From NCBI GenBank assembly GCA_963677595.1, contig OY782041.1:3968001-4032000 (forward strand): 64,000 nucleotides of DNA. The letters run 5' to 3'. Under the pieces are notes generated by a model that was not told the origin of the DNA, made no database searches, and saw only the letters and a program-made list of their open reading frames with translations. A program made the position numbers and the translations under genes. Below, in pieces: positions 35,635 to 44,569 of the stretch (position 1 is its first letter; each line of letters opens with the position of its first letter). The DNA comes from Spirochaetia bacterium. GTDB taxonomy: Bacteria; Spirochaetota; Spirochaetia; CAKZLE01.

Positions 35635-37886
35635 GCCCGGAGATACGCCCGGAACTCTCCCGGGAGATGTCCCTCTTCCAGATCACCATGATGGGGGTCG
35701 GGATGATGATCGGGGCTGGTGTCTTCGTTGCCACGGGCATCGGGATCGGTATTGCCGGCCCGGGCGGGATGCTGCTGGCCTTTGCTCTCAACGGCCTGCT
35801 GGCCTTCTTCTCGGTCATGACCTATGCGGAACTCGGCTCCGCCCTGCCGAAGGCAGGCGGCGGCTACAGCTACGTCCAGGAGAGTTCGGGCAGCCTGACG
35901 AGTTTCATCACGGGCTGGATCTCCTGGTTCGGTCACTCGGTGGCCGGGAGTCTCTACGCGATCACCTTCGCGAAATACACGATCCATTTCCTTACCCAGC
36001 TCGAGGTCATCAAGCTGGAAGGGACAGCCCTGGAATACGTTGAAAAAGCTGTCGCCGTCGGGCTCGCACTCACGTTTCTTCTCATCAACTACCGCGGGGC
36101 GAAGGAGACCGGAAAGGCCGGGGCGGTGATCGCCATAGGCCAGACGATCGTACTCCTGCTCATCGGGGTCGGCGGGCTGATCTTCGCAGGTTTGAACCCT
36201 GAACGGTTCTCAAACTTCTCCCCGATGCTCTCAGAGGGCTGGGGAAAGGTCTTCGTCGTCATGGGGTTCAGTCTCATCGGTTTCGAGGGCTACGAGGTCA
36301 TCTCCAATACCGCTGAGGAGGTCATCGATGCACGGAGGAATGTCCCCAAGGGGATCTTCCTCGCTGTCATCATCGTGGTGACCACCTACCTGCTGGTAGC
36401 CTGTACCGTCATCATCGGCGGCGGAGCTGCCGGTATGTCGCTTCCCGACTGGTTCTCCTCACGGGGTGCGACAGGGTTCGCCGATGCACTGGTCAATATA
36501 CTACCGGCAGGCGGTCTCCTGGCTGCCCTGGCAGCGATCTTCGCCAGTACTTCCGCCCTGAATGCCACGATCTTCTCCTCCACGCGGGTGTCCTTCGCCC
36601 TCGGCCGGGACGGTCACCTCCCCGCCATGTTCGAGCATATATCAGAGAAGACGCGTATCCCTGATGTGGCCCTCCTCTTCTCCGGCAGCATCACCATCCT
36701 GGTCGTGGTCCTCTTCGATGTGGAGACCGTCATGGCCGGGGCCAGCCTCTTCTTCATCTTCCTCTTCAATATTGTGACCTTCTCCGGTATGAAGATCAGG
36801 ATCGAGCGTGGGCATGAACTGACCTACGGCTACATCATCCCGCTGTTCCCCGTCATCCCGGTCATCTCCATCATCGGGAGGACCCTGATCGGCCTCTTCC
36901 TCCTCGATATGTCCCTCAGTGCCTATATCATCGCGGCGGTATGGCTGCTGCTGGGGTTCACCTATTATATAATCAAGCCGGCCCGGGAAGTGAAGTCACC
37001 ATTCCATCGTGAACAGACATTCTCTACCGAGGAGGAGAACGGCAAGGGACGCCACCAGGTCGTCGTCGCCCTGGCTAATCGGGAGACAGCTCCCCACCTC
37101 ATCCGCTACGCCTCGATCCTTGCTGAGTCGAAGGACCTGGGGCTTACATTGTCCACGGTCGTGAAGGTCCCCTACCAGACACCGATCGAGGAAGCCTCCC
37201 GCTTCACCGATGAAGCAGAGAAGCTCCTTACCGGTGATTTCAAGGAGTTGAAAGACGGGATCCCCGTGACCCGCCGCCTCCGATTCGCCCACAACACGGC
37301 ACAGGGGATCATCCAGTCGGTACGCACCCATACCACCGACCTGCTGGTCATGGGATGGACCGGCTTCGGTTCTCACAGGAATTACCGCATGGGCAGTACC
37401 CTCGATCCCGTGATCGAGAAGGCCTCCTGCAACCTCATCGTCATCAAGCCGGGAACCGACGAGCCAGAGAAAGAGATCAAGAAGATCCTCTGCCCCACGA
37501 AGGGTTTGAGTGCCCATGGAAAACTGACCTGGGAAGTCGCACGGATACTCGCTGCCCATTACGATGCCGCTATCACGGTCTTCCATGTGACGCCGATGGA
37601 CAAGTCGGGGGAGATCCCAGAACTGCTCCAGGATGAGATGTCTGTCGAGCAGGAGGGCATGCAGTATACCGTCAAGCTCCTCCAGAGCAGGGACCCTGCC
37701 GGCAGGATCTGCAAGGAGGCCGAGGATTACGACCTCGTTGTGATCGGGGCTTCTGAGACCTCACTCTTCGGGCGGTTCCTCTTCGGCCTGAAGCCGATGA
37801 AGATCGCAGAGGGCTGCTCCTGCCCGGTCATCATGGTCAGGAGGAACACCGGTATCAGGTCCTGGTTCAAACGATGGTTCATCTGA
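35616..37886 (+). CDS. APC-family amino acid permease fused to two universal stress protein (USP) domains
   Basis: GMMIGAGVF, YAELGSALPKAGGGY, GFEGYE and RDGHLP motifs; two C-terminal USP domains (DLLVMG, DLVVIG...CPVIMVR). Confidence 0.9.
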   Translation: MEQALMSPEIRPELSREMSLFQITMMGVGMMIGAGVFVATGIGIGIAGPGGMLLAFALNGLLAFFSVMTYAELGSALPKAGGGYSYVQESSGSLTSFITGWISWFGHSVAGSLYAITFAKYTIHFLTQLEVIKLEGTALEYVEKAVAVGLALTFLLINYRGAKETGKAGAVIAIGQTIVLLLIGVGGLIFAGLNPERFSNFSPMLSEGWGKVFVVMGFSLIGFEGYEVISNTAEEVIDARRNVPKGIFLAVIIVVTTYLLVACTVIIGGGAAGMSLPDWFSSRGATGFADALVNILPAGGLLAALAAIFASTSALNATIFSSTRVSFALGRDGHLPAMFEHISEKTRIPDVALLFSGSITILVVVLFDVETVMAGASLFFIFLFNIVTFSGMKIRIERGHELTYGYIIPLFPVIPVISIIGRTLIGLFLLDMSLSAYIIAAVWLLLGFTYYIIKPAREVKSPFHREQTFSTEEENGKGRHQVVVALANRETAPHLIRYASILAESKDLGLTLSTVVKVPYQTPIEEASRFTDEAEKLLTGDFKELKDGIPVTRRLRFAHNTAQGIIQSVRTHTTDLLVMGWTGFGSHRNYRMGSTLDPVIEKASCNLIVIKPGTDEPEKEIKKILCPTKGLSAHGKLTWEVARILAAHYDAAITVFHVTPMDKSGEIPELLQDEMSVEQEGMQYTVKLLQSRDPAGRICKEAEDYDLVVIGASETSLFGRFLFGLKPMKIAEGCSCPVIMVRRNTGIRSWFKRWFI

Positions 37887-37894
37887 GATCGAAG

Positions 37895-37937
37895 CAGAGG
37901 TGCAGATTTCAAGTTGAACTTGGAAATTGCACCTCTG
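37895..37937. repeat. Imperfect inverted repeat (terminator and/or operator) upstream of ATPase 1
   Basis: cagaggtgca...tgcacctctg with inner aagtt/aactt. Confidence 0.6.
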
Positions 37938-37953
37938 TGGTGTATGATGAACT

Positions 37954-39111
37954 ATGATGATCAAAAGAGCTCTATCAGCAGAGCTGACTGCAGCAAGCAG
38001 GTTCTTCCCAGTCGTCACCCTGACAGGACCGAGGCAATCCGGGAAGACCACGTTGGTGCAGGAGTGTTTCCCTGAACACACCTACTGCAATCTTGAGAGT
38101 CCTGAGATCCGAATGCTTGCTGCTTCTGATCCCAGGACGTTCTTTCATACATATACTCCACCCATGATCATCGATGAGGTCCAAAGGGTTCCTGAACTGT
38201 TGTCCTGGATCCAGGTCTTCTCAGATGAGCATCAGCGTAAAGGACAGTATATCCTGACAAGAAGCAGCCAGCCCCAGCTGAACGAGGCAGCCTCCCAGTC
38301 CCTTGCAGGACGGACAGCAGTGTATCAGCTGCTGCCGCTGTCCCTCGGGGAACTGCAGGCCCATTACCATGAAACACCAATGAAAGAAGAAGTCATGGTG
38401 AACGGGTTCCTGCCCAGACTTTACCATGACAACATCCCGGCAGGCATGGTCTATTCCAGCTATTTCAGGACATATATCGAACGTGATGTCCGTTTGCTGA
38501 GTACTATAAAGAACCTCTCCCAATTTGAGCAATTCATCAAACTACTTGCCGGTAGGATCGGGCAGCTGGTGAATCTTTCTTCTTTATCCAATGACATAGG
38601 AGTATCTTCAACCACCCTTGCTTCCTGGCTATCGGTCCTTGAGGCATCGTTCATCATCTACCGGCTGCCACCGTATCACACGAACAGGAGAAAACGGCTG
38701 ACACGCTCCCCCAAGCTGTATTTCACCGAAACCGGGCTGGCAGCTTGGCTTCTCGGTATTGAGACCCCATCCCAATGCTTGAGGGATCCCCTGCTGGGCA
38801 GCCTGTTCGAGAATATGGTCGTGATGGATGCCGTGAAGCAGCAATTGAGCAGGGGGAAGGTACCCCAGCTCTCGTTCTACCGCGATGCAAAAGGCCATGA
38901 AGTAGACCTCATACTTGAGAAGCAGCGTGTACCATACCCCATTGAGATCAAGTCGGCCATGACCTGGCACGACCATTTCGCAAAAGGGATCACCTGGTTC
39001 CAGTCTGCTGAGCCTGCATCAGGCAGGGGATCTGTGATCTATTCAGGCGATCTGGAGTTCGACAGGGAATCGTATAGTATCAGGAACTTCAATTCCGAGC
39101 TCAGTGTATAG
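37954..39111 (+). CDS. AAA_14/DUF4143 ATPase
   Basis: GPRQSGKT, IIDEVQ, SLAGR, TYIERDV, PKLYF, FENMV and EVDL..IEIKS motifs. Confidence 0.9.
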   Translation: MMIKRALSAELTAASRFFPVVTLTGPRQSGKTTLVQECFPEHTYCNLESPEIRMLAASDPRTFFHTYTPPMIIDEVQRVPELLSWIQVFSDEHQRKGQYILTRSSQPQLNEAASQSLAGRTAVYQLLPLSLGELQAHYHETPMKEEVMVNGFLPRLYHDNIPAGMVYSSYFRTYIERDVRLLSTIKNLSQFEQFIKLLAGRIGQLVNLSSLSNDIGVSSTTLASWLSVLEASFIIYRLPPYHTNRRKRLTRSPKLYFTETGLAAWLLGIETPSQCLRDPLLGSLFENMVVMDAVKQQLSRGKVPQLSFYRDAKGHEVDLILEKQRVPYPIEIKSAMTWHDHFAKGITWFQSAEPASGRGSVIYSGDLEFDRESYSIRNFNSELSV

Positions 39112-39124
39112 GTACTATGTGACT

Positions 39125-39367
39125 ATGAAGATCTTCTTATCAATTCCGGATAACGTATGCAAAGAAGCGGAAAGGACTGCCAGGCAGCTTGGTCTTACGA
39201 GAGACCAGCTGTACATCAGGGCTGTCAAAGAGTTCGTTGCCCATCATCAGCGAGACACCATAACAGAGATGCTCGATAGCATCTATGCAGATAGGCCTCA
39301 AGAAGATCCTGTATCAGATTCGGGATTAGAGGCCATGAGAGAGGCAGCAGAACATGATTCTTGGTAG
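39125..39367 (+). CDS. ChpI/MazE-like ribbon-helix-helix antitoxin (orphan)
   Basis: MKIFLSIPD..AE..A..LG..R.QL...AVKEF....ITEMLDSIY and C-terminal DSW, as recalled for Leptospira ChpI. Confidence 0.75.
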   Translation: MKIFLSIPDNVCKEAERTARQLGLTRDQLYIRAVKEFVAHHQRDTITEMLDSIYADRPQEDPVSDSGLEAMREAAEHDSW

Positions 39368-39390
39368 AATCTGGTAAGCGAACCCAGTAG
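39354..39390 (+). pseudogene. Relic of a ChpK/MazF-type toxin 5' end
   Basis: Overlapping ATG gives MILGRIW*ANPV, resembling MIRGEIWW of ChpK/MazF. Premature TAA; the rest is absent. Confidence 0.55.
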
Positions 39391-39410
39391 TTAGAGCAAT
39401 ACATTCATGG

Positions 39411-40628
39411 TTAAAACAGACTGGTATCAAGCAGGAATCGACGAAGGGATACATGCCGGACTCCAGAGATGGTATCAGTGAAGTCAGGGTCCATCGTTAC
39501 CACGAATTTGGGATAGGAATCCCTGATCCGTAGAAGTGGGGAGAACTCCCTTTCAATGGTGGTCTCGTTCTCCAGCTTATATGCGACCTGGATATAGACT
39601 AGCTGATCTCTTCGCTCTGCTACGAAATCCACTTCCAACTTTCCTAGCTTTCCGATGTATACAGCGTATCCTCGTCTCACCAGTTCGAGGTAGACGATAT
39701 TCTCCAGGACACCGGATATATGATGGTCCCGATAGCCGAACAGGGCATGCTGCATACCTTGATCTGCCAGGAAATACTTCTCCTGCGTCTTGAGGATCTC
39801 TTTCCCCTGTATATCATACCGCTGTACCTTGCGAAGGATATAAGAACTGACAAGGGCATCCAGGTAGGTATAGATAGTACTGATATCAACGGACCGGTAT
39901 TGACTTTTGAAATAATCAGCGATCTTCTTCGCAGAGATCGTATGACCGATAGATTCTATGACGAATCTCATGATCCTGTTCAGGAGATCAATGTCCCGGA
40001 TCTTATAACGATGCACCACGTCCCGAAGGACGATAGAATCATAGGTATCACGCAGGATGGTATATACCACCTCTTCTTCATACTCACCCACATGGATCGC
40101 GGGAAACCCGCCTCGCCTGATAAACTTCCAAAGCAGCTCATCAGAAACCTCCTGCTCCGCTGTGCTGCGTTGGAAGTCGAGCATCTCCCGAAATGAGAGC
40201 ACCTGAATCTCTATCCGAATAAAGCGACCCGTAAGGAGGGTCGAGAGTTCAGAGGATAGGAGATGGGAGTTCGACCCACTGATGAAGATATTGACCTGAA
40301 AATCTACCATCAGGGAATTGACAGCTTCTTCCCATGAATCGACGATCTGTATCTCATCAAAGAACAGGTAGACCATCTCAGTGCGTGAGGCAAGCATGTT
40401 CGCAACATATGTATACAATGAATGTGCATCACGAAGACTGTAGTATTTCATACTCTCGAAATTGATCGATACGATCTGGTCTTCCCGAATCCCATTATCG
40501 CGCAGGTACTGCTGGGTAAGAAGCAGTAATGTGGATTTCCCACATCTACGAACTCCTGTGATCACTTTGATGAAAGGAGTTTTGATACATTGTCTGATCT
40601 TTTCCGTGTATAAAGGCCTCTCAATCAT
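39411..40628 (-). CDS. AAA_14/DUF4143 ATPase
   Basis: GVRRCGKS, FFDEIQ, SGSNS, LLTGR, GGFP, LENIVYLEL and EVDFVA..YIQVAY motifs. Confidence 0.9.
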   Translation of the reverse strand: MIERPLYTEKIRQCIKTPFIKVITGVRRCGKSTLLLLTQQYLRDNGIREDQIVSINFESMKYYSLRDAHSLYTYVANMLASRTEMVYLFFDEIQIVDSWEEAVNSLMVDFQVNIFISGSNSHLLSSELSTLLTGRFIRIEIQVLSFREMLDFQRSTAEQEVSDELLWKFIRRGGFPAIHVGEYEEEVVYTILRDTYDSIVLRDVVHRYKIRDIDLLNRIMRFVIESIGHTISAKKIADYFKSQYRSVDISTIYTYLDALVSSYILRKVQRYDIQGKEILKTQEKYFLADQGMQHALFGYRDHHISGVLENIVYLELVRRGYAVYIGKLGKLEVDFVAERRDQLVYIQVAYKLENETTIEREFSPLLRIRDSYPKFVVTMDPDFTDTISGVRHVSLRRFLLDTSLF

Positions 40629-40840
40629 ATATCGAACCTCTTTATATGATTATACTCCCAAAAACTTGAATACTATAGTACTTTGTATGGTTATACCCAT
40701 ACAAAATATGATTTTCAGTTCTATGCATCCAGTTCCAGACAGGTTATGCAACACCATACACCCCATCCACAACCTCTATGAGGAATGCCCCTTCAGGCTG
40801 GAGATGACAAATCCTGCAGACCGTAGACTCCCTTGCCTGC

Positions 40841-42127
40841 TCAGTCCCTGAGGCAGCCTATGGGGACGACCTTGACCCCATCAGGTCGGGTATAGGCGAT
40901 CTCTCCACCGGTTATGATGATCAGGGCTCCAGGTTCCCTGATAGCAGTTCCTCCCTTCTGCTGATTCACCTTACGTATGAGCCTTTCTACTTTCAGGAGA
41001 TGGGAAGCTCCTTCCTCGATCCCCCTGCTTCCCAGCTTGAATTCGATCAGGGCATATCTCCCATCGTCCAGGTGCAGGACAGCGTCAACCTCCAGGTTGG
41101 TCCGATCATGGTAATATGACAGTCTGCCTCCTGAAGAAGCTGCATATGCAGAGAGATCTCTCATACAGAGATTCTCAAAGATGAAACCGAAGGTCTCGAA
41201 GTCCTGCAGCAGCGCCTCCGGACTCAATCGAAGTGAGGCAGTCATGATGGACGGGTCTATGAACATCTTCTTTGTCGTACTGCGCATCGCTGTCTTTGAG
41301 CGAATCGCAGGATTCCAGGCGGGAACATCAGATATCACGAACAGGCGGTTCAAGGCACTCACATATTCATAGAAAGCAGATTGTGAAAGCCTGTTATTGG
41401 CATTGATATCTTCTAGAATCGTCTTATTCGAAGCGAGTGTACCGATATTCCTTGCATATGATCTCAATACGCTCTGGACCTTTCCGGGATCCCTTCTGGT
41501 ATGGTCAATCGAGGATATATCACTCTCAATGATCGAATCAACATAAGCCTTTGATACCAGCAGCTTCGCTTTATCACTGGTCTTACTGAGACTTGCAGGC
41601 CAGCCTCCCCTGCATGCAGCAAAGACCAGGTTCTCGATACTGAGTCCTGACAAGCTGCCATCTATATCATACTGCTCATCATACATGAGTTCATGTAAGG
41701 AAATAGTACCATTCGATTCCCCAGACTCGAACAGACTCATCGGGAGCATCTGAAGCCTTGCGATCCTACCTGTCCCTGAATGCATGATCTTAGATTCATC
41801 TACAGTCGTTGAACCAGTAAGGATAAACAACCCTTCCTGTCCAGCTGAATCGATGAAACTCCTCACTGCATCCCATAAAACTGGTGCCATCTGCCATTCA
41901 TCTATCAATCTCGGATATGACCCTTTCAAGAGGAGCGATGGTTTTATCTCAGCCGTGGCCAGATACCTGCTGGAAGTGTCCGGATCCTGCAGCTTCACCA
42001 TACTCTTTGCCTTCTGGCTTGCACTTGTGGTCTTGCCGCACCACTTTGGTCCTGTCAGCAAGACTGCTCCGAAAGCTTCAAGATAATCATCCAATATCGT
42101 GTCGATAATCCGCGGCAGATAGTTCAT
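40841..42127 (-). CDS. AAA/DUF4143 ATPase
   Basis: GPKWCGKT, LIDEWQ, ILTGS, HSGTGR, RGGWP, FENL and EVDAV..LIEFKLG motifs. Confidence 0.9.
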   Translation of the reverse strand: MNYLPRIIDTILDDYLEAFGAVLLTGPKWCGKTTSASQKAKSMVKLQDPDTSSRYLATAEIKPSLLLKGSYPRLIDEWQMAPVLWDAVRSFIDSAGQEGLFILTGSTTVDESKIMHSGTGRIARLQMLPMSLFESGESNGTISLHELMYDEQYDIDGSLSGLSIENLVFAACRGGWPASLSKTSDKAKLLVSKAYVDSIIESDISSIDHTRRDPGKVQSVLRSYARNIGTLASNKTILEDINANNRLSQSAFYEYVSALNRLFVISDVPAWNPAIRSKTAMRSTTKKMFIDPSIMTASLRLSPEALLQDFETFGFIFENLCMRDLSAYAASSGGRLSYYHDRTNLEVDAVLHLDDGRYALIEFKLGSRGIEEGASHLLKVERLIRKVNQQKGGTAIREPGALIIITGGEIAYTRPDGVKVVPIGCLRD

Positions 42128-42179
42128 CAGCATCCTCCCCTGTATGTAGTATACATCAGAATGCTATTCCATCAAACAG

Positions 42180-42268
42180 TAAAAGAGAGATTTGTCATAT
42201 TTTAAAAGAGAGATTTGTCATATTTTAAAAGAGAGATTTGTCATATTTTAAAAGAGAGATTTGTCATT
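42180..42268. repeat. Perfect 23-bp tandem repeat, about 3.8 copies
   Basis: aaaagagagatttgtcatatttt starting at 42181, 42204 and 42227, plus a partial copy at 42250. Confidence 0.97.
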
Positions 42269-42314
42269 TAAATAAAAAGTTGACGATAAAATCTCCTGAG
42301 ATTTATAATTATCC

Positions 42315-44453
42315 ATGAGTAAAAAGTTACTGGCCCTGGTACTGCTCTTCCTGTCAATGATGTCCTTTACTTTCCCGGATGATGAGAGACCGGTTGTAGC
42401 CCTCGTACTCTCAGGGGGAACCCTCGGGCTGGCCCAGATCGGGGCGTTGGAGGTCATCGAAGAGGTCGGGATACCGATCGATATGGTGATCGGGACCAGT
42501 ATCGGGTCGCTGATCGGCGGGCTCTACGCTTCCGGGTACTCCCCCGGGGAGCTGAAGACGATCGTCGACGCGATTGACTGGCTCGATATCGTCTCTGGCT
42601 CGGTAAGCAGCGGCGATGCCCACGAGAAGCAGTTCTCCTTCGGCTTTGGCCGTCAGGTATTCGGCAGGCAGATGGGACTCATCCCTGACCAGGCATTCCT
42701 CAGTACGCTCTCAAGACTCTTCCTTCCGGTCTCCGGTACCCGCGATTTCGACGATCTCCCCATCCAGTTCCGGTGCGTCGGCACAGACCTGATCACCGGG
42801 GAGACGATCGTGTTCTCTCACGGGAGGATCGTCCAGGCTGTACGCGCCTCGATCGCGTTCCCAGGGGTCATATCTCCCTACCCCATAGACGGCGTCTACT
42901 ACTTCGATGGCGGGATCACGGCGAACCTTCCCGTGGAGATCGCACGGAAGATGGGAGCCGATATCATCATAGCGGTGGAGAACCTCACACCCCCGCTGCA
43001 TGCGGTCGATGATTTCAGCTTCTTCGGTGAAGTGCCGATACAGGCCACGATCTTCATGCTCCAGCGTACAGAGGAGGAAGCCCTCAAAGAGGCAGACCTG
43101 GTCATCCAGCCTGATTTCGAAGGACTGGCCTGGAGTGACGTCTGGAAAGTGCATGAGACCATCGAACGAGGCAGGCTTGCTGCCGAACAGATGAGTGGCC
43201 CACTCGAGGACCTGGCAGCCCGGATCAGTGAGACCCGTCCCCTGGAAGTAAAGGATCCTCACAGAAGGCTGCTCACAGCTGGCTCTCCTGAAGCTATAAC
43301 CCTAGGGATTGATACAGAAGCCGGTAGGGATCAGGATCTTCCTGCTGCACTCTTCGCAGGAATCGACGGATGGCTGCTTGATGATGTGCACCTGACCCTG
43401 CTTGATGCGAGGATCAAGCGGACCGTTTCCGTGCTGCCGTTCGAGTCGATCGGGTACGGACTCACAGCTGGAGATGCTGGTCAGGCCACACTTGAGTTCT
43501 TCCCGGTACCGCAGGCAAAGGGGCTGCACAGCATCGGGACCGCCATGGGGTTCAGCACAGCTATCAATCCGATCTCCGGGGCTTTATCCTTCTCCCCGGT
43601 CTTCCTCAATTCCATGGAGCTCACCGGTATCACGACAGAAGGTTCAACTCTTTCTGTAGATGTTGACCTGCAGCAGGACATAACGATCTCCCTCGGGTTC
43701 AGGCAGCCGGTTTGGGAGGGGTTCTCCCTTGCTCCCCATATCAGCTACGGGCAGGAATACAGCTTCGTCACGGGTGCGAGTATCAACCATGCCTTCGAGT
43801 GGGGGATCAGTGCGGTATATGAGATACCGCTCATCCTCACTGCCGGGATAGATTACACCACTGCAGATCTCTGGGAAGATGCGTTGTCTGGAGTTACATC
43901 GGACCATATATCCATCCTGTCTCCCTTCCTCACCTGGGATACAGCCTACCGGTCCGTGTTCAGCCACCAGGGTGCAGCTGGCAGGTTCTCTGTATCATTC
44001 CCGCTTTCAGGAGGTTCTTCCTGGTATTACCACATAGCGGCAGAGCACCACCAGTACCTCCCGGTCTCCCCTGAGGGGACTCTCTTCCTCGATCTCAGGC
44101 TCAACTCCTACCAGGGGAGTATCCTCTACCCGGACTTCCTGCTTGATGCCGGGGGATGGGACGGCATCCCGGGCTATATGCCTGGGGAACTCCCCGGCAC
44201 GCATGCCCTCCTCATCGGTGCCGGGTACCGGCACAGGCTGCCAAGCGTATCACGGACCATCGGCATGGACAGTTTTCTCATTGCTGGGATAGGGGCAGGC
44301 AACGGTTATACTGGTTTCCCCGGCTGGGATGCCCTCTCCCTCCGCTACGGCGGTGTTGTGGGGATCGGTATCGATACCCCGGCAGGGAATATCATGAGCG
44401 GGTTCGGGCTTAACGACCAGCTGGGTTTTTCCTGGTACCTGGTATTCAACTGA
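42315..44453 (+). CDS. Patatin-like phospholipase with C-terminal beta-barrel-like domain (PlpD-like)
   Basis: Signal peptide, VALVLSGG, GTSIG (nucleophile Ser), RASIAFPG and DGG motifs; aromatic-rich C-terminus. Confidence 0.82.
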   Translation: MSKKLLALVLLFLSMMSFTFPDDERPVVALVLSGGTLGLAQIGALEVIEEVGIPIDMVIGTSIGSLIGGLYASGYSPGELKTIVDAIDWLDIVSGSVSSGDAHEKQFSFGFGRQVFGRQMGLIPDQAFLSTLSRLFLPVSGTRDFDDLPIQFRCVGTDLITGETIVFSHGRIVQAVRASIAFPGVISPYPIDGVYYFDGGITANLPVEIARKMGADIIIAVENLTPPLHAVDDFSFFGEVPIQATIFMLQRTEEEALKEADLVIQPDFEGLAWSDVWKVHETIERGRLAAEQMSGPLEDLAARISETRPLEVKDPHRRLLTAGSPEAITLGIDTEAGRDQDLPAALFAGIDGWLLDDVHLTLLDARIKRTVSVLPFESIGYGLTAGDAGQATLEFFPVPQAKGLHSIGTAMGFSTAINPISGALSFSPVFLNSMELTGITTEGSTLSVDVDLQQDITISLGFRQPVWEGFSLAPHISYGQEYSFVTGASINHAFEWGISAVYEIPLILTAGIDYTTADLWEDALSGVTSDHISILSPFLTWDTAYRSVFSHQGAAGRFSVSFPLSGGSSWYYHIAAEHHQYLPVSPEGTLFLDLRLNSYQGSILYPDFLLDAGGWDGIPGYMPGELPGTHALLIGAGYRHRLPSVSRTIGMDSFLIAGIGAGNGYTGFPGWDALSLRYGGVVGIGIDTPAGNIMSGFGLNDQLGFSWYLVFN

Positions 44454-44569
44454 GGAGGGGGTTGCGTGTTCCTCACTCGATCCCCTGGGGTTTTCCTATG
44501 GGTTTTTCTTGTAAAACCCTATAGGGTGGATGTATAATGAGTTAACGTACACGCACGAGGTCCCTGTCT

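Noticed and set aside
42180-42268. Possible CRISPR array
   Set aside because: The units are contiguous and identical with no spacers, and there are no cas genes.
37900-42300. IS element or prophage
   Set aside because: No transposase, integrase, target-site duplication or phage genes were visible.
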